Below, piece after piece: positions 32,973 to 42,856 of a DNA stretch of 64,000 bases. A program made the position numbers and the translations under genes. Positions within the stretch are counted from its first letter, which is position 1. The number at the start of each line of letters is the position of its first letter. The DNA is taken from the NCBI GenBank assembly GCA_042408215.1, contig JAYFMW010000017.1:288001-352000 (forward strand). Direction: 5' to 3'. Below the pieces are notes generated by a model. That model was not told where the DNA came from and did not search any database. It worked only from the letters and a program-made list of their open reading frames with translations. The stretch comes from Microcoleus sp. (GTDB taxonomy: Bacteria; Cyanobacteriota; Cyanobacteriia; Cyanobacteriales; Microcoleaceae).

Positions 32973-34085
32973 TTAACTCAAATACTCCTTAACAATTTTC
33001 AAAATCCGTGCCGCCGCCAAACCGTCCCCAAAGGGATTAATTGCCATTGACATTGAGTTGTAAGCATCGTAATTGCTCAGCAACTCTGCCGCTGCTGTCG
33101 CGATTATATCAGAATTAGTACCAACAAGTTTAGCAGTACCGGCGGAAATTGCTTCGGGTCTTTCTGTCGTTTCTCGTAATACTAAAACTGGCTTGCCCAA
33201 ACTAGGCGCTTCCTCTTGCAAGCCGCCGGAATCTGTGAGAATTAAATAGCATCTCTGAATCGCTCCTACCAATTCTGCGTAATCCAAAGGTTCAGTTAAA
33301 AAGACTCTCGGATGCTCACCCAAAATAGCTTGCAAAGGTTCTCGAACAGTGGGATTTCGGTGCAGGGGTAGCAGTAAAGCTGTATCGGGAAATTTATCTA
33401 AAATTTCGATAAATGCCTGAGCAATTCCTTGTAACGGTTCTCCCCAATTTTCCCGGCGGTGAACTGTTGCTAAGATAGTGCGATATTTGCTCCAATCTAA
33501 GTTGGGAATATTGCATTGAGGTTCGCGTTTGGCTACTCCCAGCAAAGCATCAATTACTGTGTTGCCTGTACGGTGAATTTCTCCCAAAACGCCCGATCGC
33601 TCCAAATTCTCCGCAGCCAGCTCTGTAGGGGCAAAATGCAGCCGTGTGAGCTGAGATATCAACCTGCGGTTAGCCTCTTCTGGATAGGGATTGAACAGGT
33701 CGTCAGTCCGCAATCCGGCTTCTACGTGACCTACGGGTATTTTCTGGTAAAATGCTGCCAAAGCAGCGGCAAAAGCTGTGGTTGTGTCGCCTTGTACTAA
33801 GACTATTTTTGGCTGTAATTCTTTGAACAAATCTTCTAAACCTTGTAAACTCCGACAAGTAATGTCTGTTAAGGTTTGTTGGTGCTGCATGATTGCTAAA
33901 TCGCGATCGGCTTTTAGATCGAACATTTGCATGACTTGCTCGACCATTTCTCGGTGCTGGCCTGTTAATATTACTTGGGTGTCAAAGGATGGTGAATTTT
34001 TGAACTGTTGAATTACTGGGGCTAGTTTAATTGCTTCTGGGCGTGTTCCTAGGACGATGCAAAGGCGGTGTGTGGCTTCGGGCAT
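32973..34085 (-). CDS. wecB: UDP-N-acetylglucosamine 2-epimerase (non-hydrolysing)
   Basis: GTRPEAIKLAP, TGQHREM, GHVEAGLRT, HRRENWG, TDSGGLQEEAP. Confidence 0.97.
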   Translation of the reverse strand: MPEATHRLCIVLGTRPEAIKLAPVIQQFKNSPSFDTQVILTGQHREMVEQVMQMFDLKADRDLAIMQHQQTLTDITCRSLQGLEDLFKELQPKIVLVQGDTTTAFAAALAAFYQKIPVGHVEAGLRTDDLFNPYPEEANRRLISQLTRLHFAPTELAAENLERSGVLGEIHRTGNTVIDALLGVAKREPQCNIPNLDWSKYRTILATVHRRENWGEPLQGIAQAFIEILDKFPDTALLLPLHRNPTVREPLQAILGEHPRVFLTEPLDYAELVGAIQRCYLILTDSGGLQEEAPSLGKPVLVLRETTERPEAISAGTAKLVGTNSDIIATAAAELLSNYDAYNSMSMAINPFGDGLAAARILKIVKEYLS

Positions 34086-34153
34086 GGTAAAATTGGGTGG
34101 TTGAGATTTGTGAGGTTCTTAAAGGCTGAAGATTTTATAGCTGGTTTGAATCG

Positions 34154-34405
34154 TTGGTTAATCAGATTTCTTTTTTTATGAACCGCAGAGGGCGCAGAGG
34201 GCGCAGAGAAGGGAGAAAGGAGAGAGAAGGTGGTTTGTTGGTTAATCAGATTTCTTTTTTTATGAACCGCAGAGGGCGCAGAGGGCGCAGAGAAGGGAGA
34301 AAGGAGAGAGAAGGTGGTTTGTTGGTTAATCAGATTTCTTTTTTTATGAACCGCAGAGGGCGCAGAGGGCGCAGAGAAGGGAGAAAGGAGAGAGAAGGTG
34401 GTTTT
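34154..34405. repeat. Three tandem 84-bp units (AACCGCAGAGGGCGCAGAGGGCGCAGAG family)
   Basis: Identical units at 34154, 34238 and 34322. Confidence 0.9.
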
Positions 34406-34465
34406 TTTAGGGTGTTATTTTGTTTCTGTTCGCACTGTTGGTACATTGAGATTTTTTAATTGATC

Positions 34466-35038
34466 ATGCCTTATCGTTACATTCTATTTTACAAGCCTTA
34501 CGATGTTTTGACTCAATTCACCGATCGTAATTCAGGGGAAACTCAACGCAGAACTCTTAAAGATTATATTCTGATTCCTGACGTTTATGCGGTGGGTAGG
34601 CTCGATCGCGATAGTGAAGGTCTTTTGCTGTTAACTGATGATGGACTAATGCAGCACCGACTCAGTGACCCGAAATTTGCTCATCCCCGTACTTATTGGG
34701 TGCAGGTTGAAGGGATTCCTGATGCTGGTGCGATCGCAGCTTTGCAGGCTGGTGTCACTATTCAAGATTATCGGACTCGATCGGCAAAAGTTCAATTATT
34801 ATCCACGGAACCGCCCTTACCACTACGGGAACCGCCGATTCGATTTCGCAAACACATACCCACAGCCTGGCTGGAAATGACCCTGACTGAAGGCCGTAAC
34901 CGCCAAGTCCGCAGGATGACCGCCGCAGTAGGGTTTCCGACGTTGCGCCTAGTCAGATGTGCGATCGGACATTTGCGTCTCGATGGCCTCAAACCTGGTG
35001 ATTGGCGGGAACTAACCCAGGCAGATTTTAGATTTTAG
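34466..35038 (+). CDS. rRNA pseudouridine synthase (RluE/RsuA family)
   Basis: [37 protein letters not shown]. Confidence 0.93.
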   Translation: MPYRYILFYKPYDVLTQFTDRNSGETQRRTLKDYILIPDVYAVGRLDRDSEGLLLLTDDGLMQHRLSDPKFAHPRTYWVQVEGIPDAGAIAALQAGVTIQDYRTRSAKVQLLSTEPPLPLREPPIRFRKHIPTAWLEMTLTEGRNRQVRRMTAAVGFPTLRLVRCAIGHLRLDGLKPGDWRELTQADFRF

Positions 35039-35164
35039 ATTTGGGATTTTCGATTGAATAAGTACAATAGACCTCTCCAATAACTATTGTGGAACAGGCA
35101 TCCTGCCTGTTCAAGACTTGCTTTTCAGGAGATGTCTAATCAACAGTCAACTGTCAACAATCCA

Positions 35165-35992
35165 CTACTTTTGGGCCGGCAACATAAAACTCTCCTTTCC
35201 ATCCTTATCCTTTCGCACCTGAGCTCCCAACTTGACCAGAGCTTCTCTCGCCCTTGAACGCACAAATTTGTCCTTTGTTTGAGCATAAACCGAGCTCCAA
35301 GACATAAACCGCACCTGGACGCTATCGGGATCGCGACGCAAAAACTCCGCAGTATTGCGAAAAATCGGCGCTAATTGCTTCCCTTCCGGGGTTTTTTCTA
35401 CCCAGTCAGCAGCCATTTCGTGCGATCGAATTGACTCAGGAATGTCCCCCAGCAGCAGCAATTCGTCCAGGCCTTTATTTCGCCACACTGTCCACGCTTG
35501 CGGGTCAATTTGTGGCGAAAGGGCGCTAGTACCGCGTTCCATTAACTGTACGGCAATTTCTGGTTTTGCTTGGTAAAAAGAAATAGCAACTGACAGAAAC
35601 GGGTAAATTTCCACTCGCCGCGGGTCGCGTCGCGTGATGATGTCAAAATAATCAGGACTCAAACCGTAACCTGTGATGTCTCGCGCTTCGTCGTCGCCAA
35701 AATATTGCAAAAATTTGAGAAATGTCCAATCTGCAACTAAATTGTCAAATCCAAAAGTAGGGAGAGCTTTGAGCATTTTTAGTCGCAGCCATTCTTGTTG
35801 TTCGGATTGCTTGAAACTGGCAGCAGAGATGGCAGGTGCGGGCTTTGACCCCTCAGTTTCTATCGCAGGAATTCCGCCCAATTGTCTATTGGACTGGATC
35901 GCAATGACTCCGGCTAAGGCTGCTGTGGTAATAACTCCACTGACGAGCAGACTCAACCACTTTTGCGAAAATTCTTCGACTTTAGTTTGCAC
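35165..35992 (-). CDS. Hypothetical membrane-anchored protein
   Basis: N-terminal TM; PTFGFDNLVADWTFLKFLQYFGD motif recalled from cyanobacterial conserved hypotheticals. Confidence 0.75.
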   Translation of the reverse strand: MQTKVEEFSQKWLSLLVSGVITTAALAGVIAIQSNRQLGGIPAIETEGSKPAPAISAASFKQSEQQEWLRLKMLKALPTFGFDNLVADWTFLKFLQYFGDDEARDITGYGLSPDYFDIITRRDPRRVEIYPFLSVAISFYQAKPEIAVQLMERGTSALSPQIDPQAWTVWRNKGLDELLLLGDIPESIRSHEMAADWVEKTPEGKQLAPIFRNTAEFLRRDPDSVQVRFMSWSSVYAQTKDKFVRSRAREALVKLGAQVRKDKDGKESFMLPAQK

Positions 35993-36204
35993 GGCACTTT
36001 TAAATCTACGATTTTAATTAAGTTTATAGGATTACTCGGTCAGCGTAAAATTCAATAAAATAGAGTGGTGATTGGCGATCGACTATAAAAGCCGTTAAAC
36101 TATGCAAAAGGATCGTGTAGCCTCCATCAAATAGTTTAAGTAGTGGTTTTCTAGCAGTCTAAAATCTCAAATCAAAAATCTCAAAGAGAATTGAGCCAAT
36201 TTCT

Positions 36205-37524
36205 ATGAATGTAGCCCGCAGACGCTTTTCTAAGTTACAGGCCGCCCTGTTCAGTGGGGCGATCGCCACAACTGCTTCCATATCTTTGCTTGTACCCGGT
36301 CTGAGTCAATCAGTCCGCGCCCAGCTTCAAGATAGCCCCAAAGCTGTTTTAGACGAAGCTTGGCAAATTGTGAACCGAGAGTATGTTGATGGCAGCTTTA
36401 ACAAGACTGACTGGCAAGCCGCCCGCCAAGACTTGCTGAACAAAAATTATACCTCTCGCGAAGCAGCCTATACTTCTCTCCGCAAGGCCTTGGAGAAGTT
36501 AAACGACCCCTACACCCGCTTCATGGACCCGAAGCAGTACGAAGCGCTCACCAATCAAACCTCTGGAGAACTGACAGGGGTGGGCATGAGGCTGGAAGCG
36601 GATGAGAAAACTAAGGCGATTACGGTGGTTGAGCCGATGGAAAATTCCCCGGCTCTCAAGGCTGGGATTCAAGCGGGCGATCGCATTTTGGTGATTGATG
36701 GCAAACCTACCACAGGTATGACTGTCTCCGATGCTGCTCAAATAATTCGTGGCGCTGAAGGTACGAAAGTCACCCTGCGGATTGCTCGGCCGGGCAAAAG
36801 TGAGTTTGACATCACTCTGACTAGGGCCAGAATTGAGGTAGCAGCAGTCCGCTACAGCCTCAAGAATGAAGCTGGTAAGCAAGTCGGTTATATCCGTTTG
36901 CAAGAGTTTAGCTCCCACGCAGGCGAACAAATGCAGGCGGCTATTAAAAAGCTCTCGGCTCAGAAAGCCGACGCTTTCGTGTTGGATTTGCGCGGCAATC
37001 CAGGCGGGCTGCTGCGAGTCAGCATTGATATCGCGCGGATGTGGATGGATACGGGGGCGATCGTTCGTACAGTCGATCGCGCGGGCGATTCTCAGGAAAT
37101 GCGGGCAAATCGCACTGCTATTACTGACAAGCCTTTGGTGGTGCTTGTAGACGACAATTCCGCCAGCGCCAGCGAGATTTTGGCTGGTGCTCTCAAGGAC
37201 AACAAGCGGGCTACGGTGATGGGCGGTCAAACTTTTGGCAAAGCTTTAGTGCAGTCGGTACATTCTTTGTCTGATGGTTCGGGGTTGGCGGTGACGATCG
37301 CTCACTACTATACTCCTAACGGTACGGATATCAGCCACAAGGGCGTTACTCCCGATGTCAAAGTCGAAATCAGCGACGCACAAAAGCTGAAATTAGCCAA
37401 CAAACCGACTTTGGTTGCTACTCAGGATGATCCTTGTTACGCGCGGGCGATCGCACTTTTGAAAACTACCGCTTCCTCGGCTCGTCCCGTTGCTGCTAAT
37501 GAGCTTCCTGCTGCTAATAAATAG
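36205..37524 (+). CDS. Carboxyl-terminal processing protease (S41, CtpA/CtpB family)
   Basis: DPYTRF, PDZ domain, DLRGNPGG, SASASEI, TFGKALVQ. Confidence 0.95.
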   Translation: MNVARRRFSKLQAALFSGAIATTASISLLVPGLSQSVRAQLQDSPKAVLDEAWQIVNREYVDGSFNKTDWQAARQDLLNKNYTSREAAYTSLRKALEKLNDPYTRFMDPKQYEALTNQTSGELTGVGMRLEADEKTKAITVVEPMENSPALKAGIQAGDRILVIDGKPTTGMTVSDAAQIIRGAEGTKVTLRIARPGKSEFDITLTRARIEVAAVRYSLKNEAGKQVGYIRLQEFSSHAGEQMQAAIKKLSAQKADAFVLDLRGNPGGLLRVSIDIARMWMDTGAIVRTVDRAGDSQEMRANRTAITDKPLVVLVDDNSASASEILAGALKDNKRATVMGGQTFGKALVQSVHSLSDGSGLAVTIAHYYTPNGTDISHKGVTPDVKVEISDAQKLKLANKPTLVATQDDPCYARAIALLKTTASSARPVAANELPAANK

Positions 37525-37558
37525 TTGGAATTGGCAGTTATTAACAATTAGCTTTAAG

Positions 37559-38768
37559 TTGACACTCCCCGGCGTGAACGCGCGGGGATTCTTTGATCTA
37601 CGAGCCGACTTGCTCAGACAGGATTTCTCCAATCTGAGTAGAGGTCAATTCTCCCAAAGCGTTGCTTGCATCAAGTGCAAAGATTCCGGTATGCCCTACC
37701 GTACCCAATCCTCTACTCAGGATATTTCTAGCTGCATTGAAATCTCTATCCATCACACAGCCACACTTACAAACGTGTGTTCGAGTGGATAGCGTTTTCT
37801 TCACAATTGCACCGCAGCTAGAGCATTCTTGGCTAGTATATGCTGGATTGACAGCAACCGTGACTCTTTGAAATACTTTGCCAAAATATTCAAGCCAGAC
37901 ACGGAACTGATACCAAGATGCGTCGTTAATAGACTTAGCCAGACAATGATTTTTCACCAAATTTTTAATCCTCAAATCTTCGTAAGCTATCAAGTCGTTG
38001 GACTGAACTACGCACCGTGCAAGTTTAATTGCATGGTCTTTGCGCTGTCTACTTATTTTGAGGTGGCGTTTTCCTAAAATCTGTCTAGCTTTGCCTCGAT
38101 TATTTGAACCTTTAATCTTTTTGGAAACACGACGTTGATAACGTTTGAGGACTTTTTCACCATGAAGGAGGAATCTCGGATTTTCCACCGTGATGCCGTT
38201 TGAATCAGTGTAATATTCCTTCAAACCCACATCTAAACCAATGGTATTCCCAGAAGGTTCTATGTTTTCCGAACGGTTAACGTCAATACAAAACTGAACA
38301 TATACACCCGAAGCACGTTTCACCAATCTGACTCGTTTGATTTGGCTAAAGGAGTAGAAGTGTAAGTCCCGTGTTCCTTTTAGTTTGAGTTTGCCAATTC
38401 CTTTTTTATCGGTGAATTTGATTGACTTTCGATCAACAGCCAGTTTCCATCCAGTTGACTTGTACTCAACTGAGCGACAATCTCTCTGGAATTGTGGATA
38501 CCCTTTTTTACCAGGAATCCCTTTCTTGCAGTTTTCGTGGAATCGGGAGATAGCAGACCAGGCTCGTTCGGCGCTGGCTTGTCTAGCTTGAGAATTCAGT
38601 TCGTCAGCAAACGGGAAATCACCAGCCAATACAGCACAGTATTTGTTCAAATCATACTTATCTATTTTTTGATTGTCCATCCAATAGCGTAAACAACTAT
38701 TGCGGACAAATTGTGCGGTACGAATCGCTTCATCCACTGCTGTGAACTGACTTGATTTTCCGTAGGCT
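37559..38768 (-). mobile_element. IS200/IS605 element remnant with tnpB (copy C, different subfamily); left end missing
   Basis: Right-end hairpin CCCCGCGCGTTCACGCCGGGG followed by AGTGTCAA; the reading frame AYGKSSQFTAVDEAIR meets an in-frame stop two codons upstream. Confidence 0.8.
37598..38737 (-). CDS. tnpB: TnpB, N-terminally truncated, canonical RuvC and zinc finger intact
   Basis: IGLDVGLK, IAYEDLR, CSSCG...CKCG, DRDFNAARNI. Confidence 0.85.
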   Translation of the reverse strand: MDEAIRTAQFVRNSCLRYWMDNQKIDKYDLNKYCAVLAGDFPFADELNSQARQASAERAWSAISRFHENCKKGIPGKKGYPQFQRDCRSVEYKSTGWKLAVDRKSIKFTDKKGIGKLKLKGTRDLHFYSFSQIKRVRLVKRASGVYVQFCIDVNRSENIEPSGNTIGLDVGLKEYYTDSNGITVENPRFLLHGEKVLKRYQRRVSKKIKGSNNRGKARQILGKRHLKISRQRKDHAIKLARCVVQSNDLIAYEDLRIKNLVKNHCLAKSINDASWYQFRVWLEYFGKVFQRVTVAVNPAYTSQECSSCGAIVKKTLSTRTHVCKCGCVMDRDFNAARNILSRGLGTVGHTGIFALDASNALGELTSTQIGEILSEQVGS

Positions 38769-39086
38769 ATAATTTACTAGATTTTGATTTCAAAATCTAG
38801 CTATTTTTTAGAAAAATATTGTTGAGTTTGTAGTGACGGTGAGAACTAATTAATAATAATAACTGTTCTCAATTGCGGGCAAGTAATTACATGGCTGATA
38901 CACAAAGCTCAAGAAACCGGGTTTTTCAGCGAGATTGAGGGTGTTTGGCGAGTATTTTGGTGTAAAAACCCGGTTTCTGTCTACCCATTTTTTTAAGTAT
39001 TGTTAAGAGAACATAATCTGTGCTAATCGTCACAGGCAGAAAACATGAAAAAAGGTTTTTGTTGTGAAATAGACATAAAAAAAAAG

Positions 39087-39370
39087 TCAAAAAGCCTGCC
39101 GTACCAGGGCAGAAAGATTCATCACCATAAAAGTTATGGCGATGGTTGTTTCAGAAGTATTAGAAAGTTTAGCCATGACTCTACCAAGGCTGAATCTTCT
39201 TTTAGCTTCTCCAAATTTTCTGACAAATTGAGTTACGAATTCTCTCGTCTGACTGAGCTTGTTTCTTCTTTGACTTGCTAATATTTTTTGGGGTCTTCCT
39301 ACAGGAACGCCACTCATCCTAATTCCTCTTTCTTTGCACCAAGCTCGATTTTCCTGCGTTCGATATAGCA
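39087..39370 (-). pseudogene. IS5-family transposase C-terminal remnant
   Basis: YRTQENRAWCKERGIRMSG..GRP and KFGEAKRRFSLGRVMAKL..TSET.IAITF.VMNL. Confidence 0.75.
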
Positions 39371-39373
39371 AAA

Positions 39374-40771
39374 TCACTTCACCCCTGACAATATTTCGGT
39401 CAAAACCGTTTTCTTCTTCATCCAAGGAAAAGGTTCTTCTAATATAGGTAAATTGAAAAATGGACAGAGCTTTTCCCATCCTTCGCCATCACAAACATCA
39501 ATAATTAACAAAGATTCTGGACGGTCTTTAAAATATTCAAGCACATTTCTATAATGTAAATCATAAACATAAGACATTCTATCTTCATTAAACGCATAAG
39601 TACCATAAACAGCCGCTCTTAATAATCTTCTGATCTGCATCTTAGTCTCATTACTAGGATCGAAATCAAACGCAGACCTCTTTGACCAGTGAGCTTCTAA
39701 AGACTTTAACCAACATGATTTATTACGCACGGTTAAGATAAACTTACTATCAGGAAATAATTTATCTAACTGAGAATAAAAAGGAGCTACCGTTATATCT
39801 GTAATCCCATCATAATCATTGAGAATCGAAAAGTCATACTTAGCAGCCATCAGGTCTTGTAAAATTGTCTCATCATCAGGATAATGAACAACATTAATCC
39901 CTAGCATATTTAAGGCCATTGTTAAGCTTTTAGTTCCCGTGCGACTCAAACCAATTCCAAAAACTTTCATTTTTTTACTTTTCATGGGTCTTTGAATAAT
40001 AATTTTACTTGAAAATTCTCTAGTTTCGGCTAACGTCAAAGGAGCTTTTTCCAAAATATTCATTTGCTTAAGTTCGCGGATAGCAATATTTGGTAAATTT
40101 TCAATAAACCTAGCAATTTCGGGCTGACTTGCCTGCTTGGAAATATATTTTTTTGCATAATTTACACCATATTTAGCAACCAAAAAATCTAAATCTTTTT
40201 CTTGTCTTCCCCAATCTTCCTGACAAATATTTAATTTAGCTTGATGATAATCTTGGCGACTTCTCAGTTCTCTCAAAGCACATTTGGCAAAAATATGGTG
40301 ATAGAATTGAAAAAAATCATGGATAATGTTAAATTTCTTAAATGCTTTTTTTAGCTTCAGTTTTTTTAGTGCCAGTCCACGAGTTCTTGATTCAGGTCTT
40401 AACACATATTTAGCATCATTATCAGGTACTTTAATTGCTTGCATTTCTCTGATTACATCAATTCTAGTAATATGTACACCACAATGAATATGACCTCTGA
40501 ATTTATCAAGAACATAACAGTCTACGTATGGCAAACTATTGCTGGTAAGGAAAGGAGACATATCCTCCATAATTAAACAATCAGCATCCATGAAGACAAC
40601 AAAATCACAATCGTAATTCATCTTCAGCATTTGCTGAACAGCGTGGGCAAAAGGTTTAACATTTTCAATAATATGAACTTGACGAGGCTGAATATTTTTG
40701 ATAGCTAGGTCTAAGGCTATTTGGGATGTTCTTTCGCCAACAGTTCTAAAAACTAAATCGATTTTTTTCAT
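39374..40771 (-). CDS. Fusion of a glycosyltransferase-like N-domain and a sulfotransferase-family C-domain
   Basis: FVVFMDADCL (DxD); KVFGIGLSRTGTKSL PAPS-binding loop; KFILTVR; GWEKLCPF. Confidence 0.75.
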   Translation of the reverse strand: MKKIDLVFRTVGERTSQIALDLAIKNIQPRQVHIIENVKPFAHAVQQMLKMNYDCDFVVFMDADCLIMEDMSPFLTSNSLPYVDCYVLDKFRGHIHCGVHITRIDVIREMQAIKVPDNDAKYVLRPESRTRGLALKKLKLKKAFKKFNIIHDFFQFYHHIFAKCALRELRSRQDYHQAKLNICQEDWGRQEKDLDFLVAKYGVNYAKKYISKQASQPEIARFIENLPNIAIRELKQMNILEKAPLTLAETREFSSKIIIQRPMKSKKMKVFGIGLSRTGTKSLTMALNMLGINVVHYPDDETILQDLMAAKYDFSILNDYDGITDITVAPFYSQLDKLFPDSKFILTVRNKSCWLKSLEAHWSKRSAFDFDPSNETKMQIRRLLRAAVYGTYAFNEDRMSYVYDLHYRNVLEYFKDRPESLLIIDVCDGEGWEKLCPFFNLPILEEPFPWMKKKTVLTEILSGVK

Positions 40772-40814
40772 GGTATTTTAATTCCAAGCCTGAGTTTTTA
40801 ACTTGGAAAGCTTA

Positions 40815-40836
40815 TAGAACCCATTTGAGATCTTTT
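40815..40836 (+). mobile_element. Isolated 22-bp terminal IR of the IS5 element at 41614
   Basis: TAGAACCCATTTGAGATCTTTT, identical to 41614-41635. Confidence 0.85.
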
Positions 40837-40837
40837 G

Positions 40838-40975
40838 GCGATCGCCAGTCGTAACGATACCGAACGCCGCCAAGGCCGCCAGCGGATGGGCACTACCTTA
40901 GTTATGGCTTTAGCCCACATTCACGAGCTCTACGTGGCCCATGTCGGAGACAGTCGGGCTTATTTGATTACCACC
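40838..40975 (+). pseudogene. PP2C-family phosphatase internal fragment
   Basis: RMGTTLVMAL...LYVAHVGDSRAYLIT with no N- or C-terminal parts. Confidence 0.75.
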
Positions 40976-41188
40976 TTTGCAGTGGCAAGGCTGGTAGAGT
41001 TGCATCACAGGCAAAGTTCGCGGGTCTAGCGCGGGTCTAACGTCTGGCAAGGTTGCCACGGTTGGAGCGATCGGATTGTTGGCAATGTCGATCGGATTGT
41101 TGGCAGTATCGGTCGGAGCGGTGGCGGTCTAGCTTTCTCTAGTCTCTAGTCCTATTACCAATTCCCAATTCCCAATTTCAAAGTTGAG

Positions 41189-41551
41189 TTATCGTGTGGT
41201 ACAAGCCCAAGCAACTATGCTTCCTGAACCCTCAAGTGCGCTCATTGCTTTGCTTTCAGCTTCGGCGCGAGAATCACCAAGTCCCCAACCAACATGAGTA
41301 CCATTGTCCGATACAGCACCACAGCTATTCTTAAACCAGACTCGAACCGCGCAATCCTCTGCATTTTTAGAACACTCTGCCAATGCTTTATTTTGAGCCG
41401 CAGCACGAGTTGAGTAGTCGTAGCTAAAACCATAGGCACTTGTAGCATCCGATGTAGCGATCGCCCCAAAATTATCTGCCAAAGCAGCGCCACCGGATAA
41501 GCATTCTGCTAAAACCAGAAGTACAGCACCAACTCCAAAACGTTTAAGCAT
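41189..41551 (-). CDS. DUF4189-like secreted protein
   Basis: Signal peptide ending ALA-D; FGAIA...YGFSYDY..RAAAQNKALAEC...C.VRVWFKNSCGAV. Confidence 0.8.
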   Translation of the reverse strand: MLKRFGVGAVLLVLAECLSGGAALADNFGAIATSDATSAYGFSYDYSTRAAAQNKALAECSKNAEDCAVRVWFKNSCGAVSDNGTHVGWGLGDSRAEAESKAMSALEGSGSIVAWACTTR

Positions 41552-41656
41552 TGATTTTCTTCTTTTTGTACAGATATATTAAAAATATAACATAACCAAT
41601 CTTGTTTAGACTATAGAACCCATTTGAGATCTTTTAAGAGGATGCTAGCCGCAGTT

Positions 41657-41789
41657 GATCGGCTTGACAACAGTCGATCGGCTTGACAACAGTCGATCGG
41701 CTTGACAGCAGTCGATCGGCTTGACAACAGTCGATCGACTTGACAACAGTCGATCGGCTTGACAACAGTCGATCGGCTTGACAGCAGGC
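41657..41789 (+). repeat. Seven tandem 19-bp repeats GATCGGCTTGACAACAGTC inside the IS left end
   Basis: Directly counted; period 19. Confidence 0.9.
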
Positions 41790-41831
41790 GATCAGGTAGA
41801 ATCAGTAAAGTTAAGCAGGTCAGGGCTGAAA

Positions 41832-42671
41832 ATGGGTTATTCGAGCGATGTGAGTGACAAAGAGTGGGAAATCATCGAGCCATTACTGCCCCAGAAGAAG
41901 AAAACTAGGCCACCAGTGTGGACAAAACGGCAAGTTCACGGGCGGCATATTTTATCAACTCAAAAATGGTTGTAATTGGTCTGACCTACCCAGAGATCTA
42001 CCGCCATACTCGACAGTATTTTGGCATTACCAGAATTGGTGTGAGGAAGGTGCACTCGATCTAATCTTGGTACAGCTACATAGCAAGGTGCGTGAACAAG
42101 TCAAAAAAAACCGCAGTGGACGACATTAATCATGGTTGATTCACAAGCTGTAAAAAATACTTGTAATGCTAGTATTGAGTCGAAAGGGTTTTGTTTTTAC
42201 AAGACAACAAACGGTATCAAAAGACACCTAGCCGTCGATATCCTGGGCTTTCCGTTCTTTACTCATTGCACCAAAGCTAGCTTATCAGATGATTGTGGTT
42301 TGATTGAAATGTTTTCCCAAAACATCGATTATTTCAAATTGAAACCTGTCGAGTTACCGAAGACAACCATCTTATTAGATAACGGCTATCATCCTGAAAA
42401 ACTCACTCAAGCTTTGGAGGAGATTTACCCTGACATTATGACTAAGATTCAATTTGAACTCTCAGCCAAACCATCAAAAGCAGAGAAGGCAGCTAAAGGG
42501 CAATCTGGATTTGTGCCTGTGGCGGCTAGATGGGTAATTGAACGTTCAAATGCTTGGGTAGATCGATGTAAAAGCTTAATCAAGAATTTTGACCGTACAC
42601 TCGCTCGTTCCAATGCCAAGCTCAAGCTGTGTTTCATTCGGCTAATGCTCAAACGGCTAGCATCCTCTTAA
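41832..42671 (+). pseudogene. IS5 transposase with a likely programmed -1 frameshift at A8 (42103-42110) and an extra frameshift near 41935
   Basis: YSSDVSDKEWEIIEPLLP; GIFYQLKNGCNWSDLP; -1 frame KPQWTTLIMVDSQAVKN; DNGY; RWVIERSNAW. Confidence 0.8.
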
Positions 42672-42856
42672 AAAGATCTCAAATGGGTTCTATATCCTTG
42701 AAGCTATATTAAGTGCAGATTCATAGTGAATTGCTATGAGCCGCCTCCTTGTGGAGGGTAAACGCTTAATAGCAGAATTTTCATGGCAAATTTACAATAC
42801 TCCGAACAATTTTGAGTTGAGAAGAGGTCTGAGAAAAATCAAAAGTTGGTTCGATG

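Larger units (their letters stand above)
41614..42692 (+). mobile_element. IS5-family insertion sequence with ~38-bp terminal IRs and TA flanks
   Basis: TAGAACCCATTTGAGATCTTTTAAGAGGATGCTAGCCG / CGGCTAGCATCCTCTTAAAAAGATCTCAAATGGGTTCTA. Confidence 0.92.

Noticed and set aside
34154..34459. Arg/Gly-rich 101-aa ORF
   Set aside because: Translation of the 84-bp tandem repeat.
41657..41789. Mini-CRISPR or iterons
   Set aside because: No spacers and no rep gene; lies inside the IS ends.
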